A stretch of DNA of 62,195 bases, the filler included, from Squatina squatina (Eukaryota), in the NCBI GenBank assembly GCA_031763465.1. It is 3 parts of 3 records of this genome, joined end to end, with 100 filler letters (N's around TTAATTAATTAA, not from the genome) between each part and the next. Parts side by side here need not be neighbours in the genome. Positions count along the whole stretch, not along the records: positions 40,885 to 62,195 come from JARFOE010000115.1; 2 more parts are not named here. One strand, 5' to 3'. This document shows, in pieces, positions 52,201 through 62,195 of this stretch (its first letter is position 1; the number at the start of each line of letters is the position of its first letter). A program made the position numbers and the translations under genes. The notes beneath the pieces were generated by a model that saw nothing but the letters and a program-made list of their open reading frames with translations, did no database searches and had not been told where the DNA came from.

Positions 52201-55200
52201 AAAACCCAGCTTTACTGAGTCTGGGCTCAGGCTGTGGTTTAGAAATGTTGGTGCTGGGCTGAGTTTAGGACAATGTGCCCTGTGAGAAGTGCTCCAAACA
52301 CCGAGCCACCTGCCCTTTGTGCGATCTCTCAGTTTAGTTCAGGTCGGTCTATGCTACCGGTTTTGACGTGTGAAGTCCAAGTACAGGTTGACTCTGACTG
52401 AGGTTTCCAGTTCAGAGTTGCCACCTTCCCTTCACACGGAACTGGAGTCCAAGCCAGAGTCCAAGGAGATAGGGTGAGAGATAGAGCCTGTTAAAAGTGG
52501 CATCAACTGGGAAGCCTGACCACATCTGAGCAATGCAGGGTGATTCTGGCTATGGTTTCAGGGTAAACATCAGTGGGTAATAAGATTACTACTAGTTACA
52601 GGTAGGATATCACGGCATTACACCTATTACCACCAGTTACTTATAGACTATCAGTGAGTTATTGTATTATTGTTGGTTATGAAGAAAATCTGAGTGTTAC
52701 CACTTTGCTATTTCAGTGAGTTACCATTAGTTACTGGTGGAATCAAAGTTCCTTCCACCTCTGGTTTCCCCCCTGCAAATAGCTCCCCAACCTTCAGATT
52801 TCCTACCTTTGGTTTACCCTTTTCCCTTCCTTCGGTTTCCCTTCTTCGCTGCCCTCAGTTTTCCCTCGTCGCCTGTTCACAGGTGGTTTCCTGCTTCTTA
52901 GAACTTATGGAACAACAGCTGCTGACGTNNNNNNNNNNNNNNNNNNNNNNNNNNNNNNNNNNNNNNNNNNNNNNNNNNNNNNNNNNNNNNNNNNNNNNNN
53001 NNNNNNNNNNNNNNNNNNNNNNNNNNNNACAAATATATATCCTTGCACTTTGGAGAGGAAAAGTGTTTGTAATTTCATAAATTTATTGTAAAACTCAATT
53101 TATTTTTAAATCATTATTTTCTTTAGGTGAGCTAAAAGCGCTTCTTATTTATTGTCCCAGTCCGTTTATTATTGTATCTTAACTGGAGATTATTAACAAC
53201 TTGTAGTATCTTACCTACACGGTTAGAATTTGGTTAGGCATTAGATAATAGAAATTATAATAGTGAGTTAAAATTTGCAAAACTCCTTTTAGCACTAATG
53301 TTCGGACATCACTAGTGCAAGGACAAAATTTGAAGAAAAGGAACCTTTGTGATACCATTAATGTAGCAATCTTGACTATCTTATTATGAAATAATTGTCT
53401 TAGCAACAGGCCTCCCATAGATTGACGCTTGACCAGGCATCTCACTGCATTGCGTTTGATGTTTTGCTGTGACCCAGTTCTGTGGTTGCGGGGTGTATAG
53501 TGCTGCCTTTGCCCTGTTGATGGCGCGCGTTCATTACAAACTGCCGGACAGTGCAGCACCTCTGCCAAAGAACCACAAACTCCCTTCTTTCTCTGCCAAT
53601 CTCCTCACCGCTGAAAAGCGTGCTTACGCCTTATCTGAGCTGATCTAAAAACATAACTTTTTCAATCTGTCCGCACAAAATTGAAATTGATCTTTATCGT
53701 TCGCTGTCTCTTTCTCTCTTTGATCTGCAATATTCCTGATTAGCAATTGAGCACGGCACCATTTCAAAACTAATCCTATGTAGGATATAGTGCTTCTTAA
53801 AGGACAAGTCGTCGCAAAGAAAAACAAACTATTTCAATAATCAGTGAACTTTTGTTTTCAACCATGTTCTGGATAAAATATGTTCAGATACTACTAGGGA
53901 GTAGAATTAAGTATAAATCTTACGGAATAAACACACGCCCACNNNNNNNNNNNNNNNNNNNNNNNNNNNNNNNNNNNNNNNNNNNNNNNNNNNNNNNNNN
54001 NNNNNNNNNNNNNNNNNNNNNNNNNNNNNNNNNNNNNNNNNNNNNNNNNNNNNNNNNNNNNNNNNNNNNNNNNNNNNNNNNNNNNNNNNNNNNNNNNNNN
54101 NNNNNNNNNNNNNNNNNNNNNNNNNNNNNNNNNNNNNNNNNNNNNNNNNNNNNNNNNNNNNNNNNNNNNNNNNNNNNNNNNNNNNNNNNNNNNNNNNNNN
54201 NNNNNNNNNNNNNNNNNNNNNNNNNNNNNNNNNNNNNNNNNNNNNNNNNNNNNNNNNNNNNNNNNNNNNNNNNNNNNNNNNNNNNNNNNNNNNNNNNNNN
54301 NNNNNNNNNNNNNNNNNNNNNNNNNNNNNNNNNNNNNNNNNNNNNNNNNNNNNNNNNNNNNNNNNNNNNNNNNNNNNNNNNNNNNNNNNNNNNNNNNNNN
54401 NNNNNNNNNNNNNNNNNNNNNNNNNNNNNNNNNNNNNNNNNNNNNNNNNNNNNNNNNNNNNNNNNNNNGTAAAATATATCGAGTTTAATTGACTTTTTCA
54501 CGTGCTCGGGTTCTAATTTGACGGATGAGTGTAAGTCCTGTAAATGCATGCGCACAAATTGACATTTTTCTGTGTCTATTTCTAAATATAATTTTTACTT
54601 AATAATCTTAAATTCTGTTTTTTTTTAAATCTGGGTAACATTCACCCAATTAGTTGCCGAATTTTACACGGTACAAGACTGATTTGTGTAGCTGTATGTA
54701 TGTTACGTATACATTAATTCGCATTTAGGTTGTTTTTCTAAGTTGTTATACTCTGCACATTAATAATCTATTGTAATATAATACATTTCAGTGGTGTGGA
54801 AGAAATGTCTAAACTTTAGGTTTTTTCTTATCCTCCACTTAAAATGTTTAAAATGTAATATAATAATTTATCATTAGGGAGGATGGGACAGTTCATGTTG
54901 TGTATTCGTATGTCTTATTAACAAATCCTGTCAGCAAACACTTTAAAAACTAATTAAAGGAAATGGACAAAACATGTAAGATTGATTCAAATATTTTTTC
55001 CTGGTCAAGTAATCCGTTTTGATTACTGCTATTGCCTGCCAAAACCCGTATCATATACCCACCCGTTACACTGTATGATAATACCCAGTGCGAAATCTTC
55101 ACATTAATATTCATTGTCAGCCGCCGATTTAAACCTGTTCTGATGACTGAACTGCTAAAACTGACGATTGCCTTTAAAAGACATATCCTGCCGTAGAGGG

Positions 55201-58200
55201 GATTTGAACTTAATTCTTGTTTCTTTGATTTGAAACCATTGAATATCTAAAATGTTAAGTAACACAGACAATACCTTTTTATGCAATATTTTCATAATTC
55301 TAGCTTTATGTGGGCACCACCTGCTTATATATATTATAAAGACTACTGAGCATTATATATCACGATGCAGCTTATGAAGATTATTGACTGTGAGGTGTGT
55401 ATAGGTGGGCTACACTTTGCTGAAGAATTCAGGTGTTTTTTGAAAATGGCTTTCNNNNNNNNNNNNNNNNNNNNNNNNNNNNNNNNNNNNNNNNNNNNNN
55501 NNNNNNNNNNNNNNNNNNNNNNNNNNNNNNNNNNNNNNNNNNNNNNNNNNNNNNGAAAATGGCTTTCGGGAGTTTTGATTATTTGACAGGATTTCAGCGA
55601 GTCCTGTAGCGGTTGGAGGGCTATATACAATTAATTTAGATTCTGATCATTATCTTTTGTATAAGTGAATCCGTGCCCATCACTCCTCCACCTCAGCCCC
55701 AAAAATATAATTACCTTGTTTGTTAGACACTGTGTTTCCCGCTTTAGAACTTGATATAAGCTCAAACAGACGTTGTCAAAGTGAAAACAAATTTGCTTTA
55801 TACAATGGCAAGGTCAGTTTTTCACCACTGATTTATTTACTGCTTGAATATCAAAAAGTCTAGAAATGCTTTGACGCACGTTTTCGCTCAGCATTCTAAC
55901 CAGTTGCACTATGTTTCCAAAAAAGTAGTGCAATTCGAAGTGAACCCCCTATGTAAAGTATTCACTGGCCGTTTAATAATGTGCGGCAGTGTTATTAAGA
56001 ATGTTTTGTGTGTCTATGCAGGGCTATAATTCTGCTCTAACAACAGGCTGGCTGAGTGGAGTCCCCCTGAAAGGGTCGATGCAGGGCTTGGCAAACGTAA
56101 CCTCTTGGCTCTGTGCGCCGTCCATCTGTCTGCACTTGAGTCCAGACAGATTCAATAGGTCCTTGTGTGCTTATGTCTGGCCGCAAAAAGGTGAAATGGC
56201 CTCTATATCTGAACTAACTAAATGTTCAAGTGTTTATACCAAAGTAGTGACCGTTGCATTAAAAGAGACTCAAAAGGATGTCAAACTGTGATGTATGGGA
56301 ATCCCAGGATATTAAAAGCAAATGGTTAATATTGTTTTCTTAAATAAAGAGATCAACACTACAGCACACCTAGAGAATGTCTGGGATCATAGAACACCTG
56401 TAAAATGCATTAACACGGAGGAAATGAAAAATAGAATGCATTTGTTACTAAGAAGCCAAATAAACTTCTTTTCAAATTACCCACTAAAGGGAATAGATTA
56501 AAAAGGTTACTGTTAGATTTGACTTTTTTTTCAAAAAGTGAATAAAGTTACAAAACTTTAACTTGAATCAAAATATAATCAGTGACCACCTGATACGAAA
56601 TTATATGCTTAAACGTAAAATAAACCCCCGAGAAAATGTAAACACATTAGGATCCTGTAAAGACAATATTTGCTATAAATTGTACAAAGGCCAGTTGATG
56701 AGCAGCAGAACGAGGATATGCAGAAGTCCGTATATCTTACAAAACAGATTATAGCCGCGAGGAAATATTCAAGTGACATACATAGGACAACGTTGGCATT
56801 TGGTTGGGCATCTTTAAAAAGTTTTTAAAAAAGTAAATGGTAAAAATCAGAATGGTATAACCAATTTTACAATTCTGTTTGCAATAGATGGTCCCTCGGT
56901 TTTGGGGGGAGTGCTCACTGTATATCTATCCCAAAGAAAGGTACTTGTTTTCATGTTATATGGAGGAAGTCAAAATCCAGTTNNNNNNNNNNNNNNNNNN
57001 NNNNNNNNNNNNNNNNNNNNNNNNNNNNNNNNNNNNNNNNNNNNNNNNNNNNNNNNNNNNNNNNNNNNNNNNNNNNNNNNNNNNNNNNNNNNNNNNNNNN
57101 NNNNNNNNNNNNNNNNNNNNNNNNNNNNNNNNNNNNNNNNNNNNNNNNNNNNNNNNNNNNNNNNNNNNNNNNNNNNNNNNNNNNNNNNNNNNNNNNNNNN
57201 NNNNNNNNNNNNNNNNNNNNNNNNNNNNNNNNNNNNNNNNNNNNNNNNNNNNNNNNNNNNNNNNNNNNNGGTACAAAGCCTACACGATTTGCACTTCTGA
57301 ATATAGTGCAAACGTCATCTGAACGTTTTCTGCTCAAGTGCCTCCTAATATGTGGGATGGAATATGGAAGCTTGTAATTGACACTCATTTTTACTGGCAA
57401 GCGCTGGCACGTCTTCAAGACACTGCAGACAATACAAAAACATCGCTAAGTTCGCTTTCATCTTCAATAGGTACTGCGACGAACCTTTGCAATAACGCTC
57501 ATCGGATCTGTGGTAATGAGAAAAAATGTGAAAGAAAGTATTGTCTTATTGCTAATAGGTCCGTCTTGCCAGCGGACAGACATTAAATAGTGCGCACACT
57601 TTAATCCAGTGAAAGCAGAGAAAGTCACGTGCTACAACTGTCCACTACCCCCAAATACAATAGTTTATTAAAATATAGTCTTTTTTGTAACAAAAACGCG
57701 CTAAATATCTAAGCGTAATCGATTAGCTATTCTATCATTAGTTGTCAGATTGCAAACTAAAATTCTGCCTTTATCTCCCTTACAATTGAATTAAACTTTA
57801 AAATTATGCAAGCCTATGACCACTGGCCGCCGTAGCCATGAAGATTATGCAAAACATTTGATTACAATTAGCAACAATAAGGCCCTGGTCACCGAAAAAA
57901 AACTTCTGCAGTACCCGGTCCGAAAACAGTTTTTTTTTAAAGTCAATTTACTAAATGATGTAGAAAAAAATGACAAAACAGCAGAGTGGTTTGATTTATT
58001 TGGCGAATGGGTCGCGACTGCGAATGCCGGATCATTTACATATTGAAATGCGACCAAGCGGACACTCAATTTTCCTGCCCATGTTTTGCACATGGCTCTC
58101 TCGGTTTTCAAGCAGCCAGGTTACCTCGCAACGCCCCTTGAGGAGGTCAGGCGGTCGATTCAGCGTTGATCAATTTTGACTGCAAGGCATCAACATTATG

Positions 58201-60949
58201 AAAAACACCCTGGCACCAGATGGAGCGAGGTCTAGGTAAAGGTCAAGGTTAGCTCAGCCTGCTATTGAATCGGCTGCGTGATAGATCGTTGACTTGCTTT
58301 GCTCGGAGGCACCCATAGGGGTTTCTGCGAATAAAAGGAGTCACAAGTGACACGCTTCGACGCTGCTCTGAATGCTAAAATAATTATTAGGATCCATTAA
58401 AAAAGACGACCAGCCAAATTCTTCTTTGAAAAAATACACAGACAGATATACGGCCGGCATATTTAATAAACAAATCAGCCGACTTTGAATGCACAGCGCC
58501 AGTCATTGGGTACATGGCATAAAGTTATTGTTAGTGAGCTAATCAAAAGATGGAATTAACTCCTTCATTACAGACTTGTCCACAAAGTGATCATCAGATT
58601 CGCAGCTGAATGCGTCCAACCGCCCCCTCCCTCCGCCTCCCTTCTCCTCCAACCATTCGATCGGTGGCTGGGGATCATTGTACTGGGTCGGAGTTTCAGT
58701 AGGCGGACGTTACACACAAAAGTTACTTTTATTTGTCCGCGCCGATAGTTTTAATCACGAAAGAGTGAAGAATCGAGAGCTGTGCTTTTGTTTGGCTGGG
58801 ACTCGGCAATAAATGGATCAGCAAGCACAGTTCAGTAACTACTGGACAAGATGGCAGATAAAAGTTGACCAGGTTAGCAGCCAGCTCCCAGATGCAGATT
58901 AGATCAGAAATCATTTCGCATTAGAAGTGGGGGAGGTCTGCTGGAAGGAACTTGGCTCTCTGGCAGTTCTGCAGCTCTTTGCCCTCGCTCCCTATAAATT
59001 TACAGAGCCCTTTCCTGCAGAAAACCGCACGTCAAAAACAAAACAACCTACAGTCATTTTGGAATCCTTACAGATGGGAAATGTACTTTCACCGTTTTAC
59101 CAGAAGTGCCATCCACCCTGGGTTAGGAGTTATAAAACCATTTTGTTTTACATCCATGACTTCAAGTAACCTAACTTCCTCCTATACAGCTGCAACCGCA
59201 GATCTTATCTGATCGTTGAGTGTCAGAGTAAAAATAGTTAACCCTTCAACCACTTGCTACAGCTGGTGAAAAGAAAAAAATGGCGCAGTTTCAGTTAACA
59301 TATCCCACCATTGATCACAAATGAGTTCAATTTCACTTCTGCTGCCTGAACTGTTTTGTTGGCCACATTCACGTTCAGAGCCCTCCAGCTAAAAGCATTT
59401 ATACTCCATAAAAAAGCACCATCACATACACAAGGTTACGTCTGGGGGGTACAACGCNNNNNNNNNNNNNNNNNNNNNNNNNNNNNNNNNNNNNNNNNNN
59501 NNNNNNNNNNNNNNNNNNNNNNNNNNNNNNNNNNNNNNNNNNNNNNNNNNNNNNNNNNNNNNNNNNNNNNNNNNNNNNNNNNNNNNNNNNNNNNNNNNNN
59601 NNNNNNNNNNNNNNNNNNNNNNNNNNNNNNNNNNNNNNNNNNNNNNNNNNNNNNNNNNNNNNNNNNNNNNNNNNNNNNNNNNNNNNNNNNNNNNNNNNNN
59701 NNNNNNNNNNNNNNNNNNNNNNNNNNNNNNNNNNNNNNNNTTAAAAAAAAATGTTTTATTTTATATTGATTTATCAGACTTCCAGCCATCGCATTTAATG
59801 AAACCATCCAAGTATCACCAGGGGCAACAGAATTAACATAGAATCATTTTTCCTTTTAAAAAATCATGTGCTTTGAAATGTTATTACTTTTAAATAAAAC
59901 GGTCGATGCAGGTGCAAAATCTTCAAAGGTTACTTGAAAACTCTTTTTTCTCAGCTCGCATAAATGAATAGGGGGTCTTTTCTATGTGTCTCGAAATGAG
60001 AAGCAGCATTGCTATTTTAAAAATGATTTGCATTCAACTCAAATACCTGCAACTAAAATACCTGCAAATCCATTGAAAAACGAGAGTGAACTATGTGAAG
60101 ATCAATTATTAAGCCGCTCTCGGTTTAACATACTTATAGAAGAGCGGCACAAAGAGTAGAAAAATAATAGGATTAGTATTTTCACTTTGTATTATAGATG
60201 CACTTTACCTGATGCATTTTCACAGTCTTGTGAAATATCCACCGATAAGTAACCGAAAAGAACAGAGCCGTGGTTAACAGGTAACGTCACGGAAATAGAT
60301 AGCCGAGGACACTTTTTATTTACAAAATAAACATGTTATAATATATATATTTTAAACTACATACGCACAGAAAGGGTCAGCAACCTCCACGAACAGTTGC
60401 TTTTGTGCGAGAAAGTGAAAGAAACCCATTGACTTGATTTATGATTTTAATTTAAAATGATATACAAATGTAAATATACATTTACTCTCTATCCATCTGC
60501 ACAATCTGGGCTCACATGTACGCCATCGAAATTTCAGTAGTCTGTAATTCTAATCCTCGTTTTGCTATTTATACCGTAAAATACTTTTCAAACCTCGTTC
60601 ATTTTCCCAATAATTAGCTTTATGAATAATGTCAACCTTTTGCTGTGGGTTGACAATACTAACAGACACACATTAAATTTCTACACACACACACACGTGT
60701 GTGTGCCTCCTCATTTCTGATGCCCTGTACTTGTACAGAAGAACTGTAAGCTCTTTGCTTCTTTACGTGAATTTGGCCAGTAACCCTGTGCCCATGAGTT
60801 GCAGGCAGCCCTGAGCTGCCAGGGAGAGAGAGGAGGGGGGGGGAATGCAGGACTGGNNNNNNNNNNNNNAGGGGGGGGGAATGCAGGACTGGAGTGGTTT
60901 TGAGAGAGAGAGAGGGGAGGGGGATGATGGCTTGAGTGGAAGCAGCCTG

Positions 60950-61292
60950 AAGCTGCGCCTATTGGATGGCTGAGGCTGTGTGTGAGTGTGTGTGTGTGTG
61001 TCTCACTCCCTCTCCCTGTCTCTGATCACTGGGGTTTGTCCAGCCCTGAGTCCCTGGGTATGTATCATTGGCTTGCTCTCTCCTCTCGCCCTGCCCAGCC
61101 ACCTCCTGACGTTCAAGTTCGCGGGCACCTCACGTACGCACTTGAACTTGGTGGTTTTAAAGCCATGACGGCTATCCCACAATCCATCTCCATCCGCCAT
61201 CTTTGTATTATTTCTAATTTATTTTATGTCAAGCCATTGATGAAGATATTTTCTCTGGAGTCTCCTTCTTCCCGCTCCCGATGTGACCGAGC
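60950..61292 (+). promoter_or_regulatory. BCL11A: BCL11A core promoter and 5' UTR
   Basis: Two reverse CCAAT boxes (60961, 61067). The blocks CTCCTGACGTTCAAGTTCGC..CGCACTTGAACTTG and CGCCATCTTTGTATTATTTCTAATTTATTTT..TGATGAAGATATTTTCTCTGGAGTCTCCTTCTT match the mammalian BCL11A leader as I recall it. Confidence 0.8.
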
Positions 61293-61347
61293 ATGTCTCG
61301 CCGCAAGCAAGGCAACCCTCAGCACTTGAGTAAACGGGAATTTTCAC
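61293..61347 (+). CDS. BCL11A: BCL11A exon 1 coding part (55 bp); NuRD-binding MSRRKQ motif
   Basis: ATG..MSRRKQGNPQHLSKREFS + C|gtgagt. LSKREFS, the leader sequence and the PAPOLG neighbour indicate BCL11A rather than BCL11B. Confidence 0.95.
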
Positions 61348-61479
61348 GTGAGTAGCTTGGGATTTTTTTTGTTCTTGCACTTTTCTCTCTTTTTTAAAAT
61401 TTTTATTTTTATTTTTTTTAAAAAGCTAGTAGTTGCCCACATGAAAGTAGGGAAGAAGAAATTAAGAGAGTTGAAGTGA

Positions 61480-62195
61480 TGGCGGGCGAGGAGAGAGAGA
61501 GAGCGCGGCGCGGCGGTTTGACAGCAAGCGGTCAAGTGGAGGGAGCGGGGAGCGGGGCAGCTCGGTGCCGACCCCAACCCCAGCCCCAAGCGCCCGGCGC
61601 CGCGTCCACACTCCCCCCCTCACCACACACACACACAACTCCTGGAAGGAAAGCATGAGGAGAAACCCTGCCCGAAAGTGCCGGTGTGCAGCCCAGCAGA
61701 GTTTGCCATCAGCCCGGGGTGTTTGTTTTCCCCCCCGTTCTCNNNNNNNNNNCCCGCAACTTGAATGACCGCTGAACTTCGGGTCCCCTCCTCCGACTCG
61801 CTCTTTTTTTTTGGAAGATTTTCAAAAAAGCTGGAACTTGATTGTGATTGGGAAAAATCTCGTGCTGAATGTTTACAACAAGCTCGGGCTCCGCGTGTGC
61901 GGAACCTGCAGCCCAGCCCAGCCTGGCCGCCCGCTCTCATTCTCGGATTATTATTGCAATCACCCTCCGCCGACCCCGGTAAATAACAAGATCACAATAG
62001 AATATAAACCGCCAAACTCCGCCAGGCCGGTTAACCCTTGGTGTGTTGCTGTGACTGTGGGGCCGGCGCCGAGTCTCGGGGGCTGCGCTTTTTGTCACTC
62101 CAGCCCAGCCGGCGCGCACACACACACACACACACACACGTGTAATGGGAGTCTGTGCGGGGCGAGCAGCCCAGACACAGCACACCAGACCCCTG
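61480..62195. promoter_or_regulatory. CpG-island-like start of BCL11A intron 1
   Basis: Dense CpG and GC-rich sequence with (GA)n and (CA)n tracts directly after exon 1. Confidence 0.75.

Noticed and set aside
57837-57891. Inverted pair of BCL11A-type TGACCA sites suggesting autoregulation
   Set aside because: Hexamers this short occur often by chance; unsupported without conservation data.
53852-59807. Long ORFs in the supplied track
   Set aside because: They consist mostly of translated N gaps.

Overview
Vertebrate genomic DNA from a very fragmented assembly. The repeat content (Deu-domain SINEs, CR1, L2, Penelope, Harbinger and its MITEs) points to a shark or other elasmobranch. The window is not one locus: two artificial linkers (44 N + TTAATTAATTAA + 44 N, at 20715-20814 and 40785-40884) join three ~20-kb scaffolds. 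Block A (1-20714) has no recognisable host exon, only decayed transposons and unique non-coding DNA. Block B (20815-40784) holds part of the large Sema-domain exon of plexin A2 (minus strand) and Harbinger relics. Block C (40885-62195) holds exons 2-5 of poly(A) polymerase gamma (minus strand) and, divergently, the promoter, 5' UTR and first coding exon of BCL11A (plus strand) in a transposon-poor, CpG-enriched domain. Most ORFs in the supplied track are N-run or repeat artefacts. I see no evidence of a wholly new biological system. The best leads are a layered candidate translational-control leader on BCL11A (two-register hairpin, overlapping uORF, ATG-TGA start-stop), a candidate alternative first coding exon of PAPOLG, and a tandem nuclear-receptor half-site array. 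Gene and repeat names rest on my recall of family sequences, not on database searches, and repeat boundaries are approximate.
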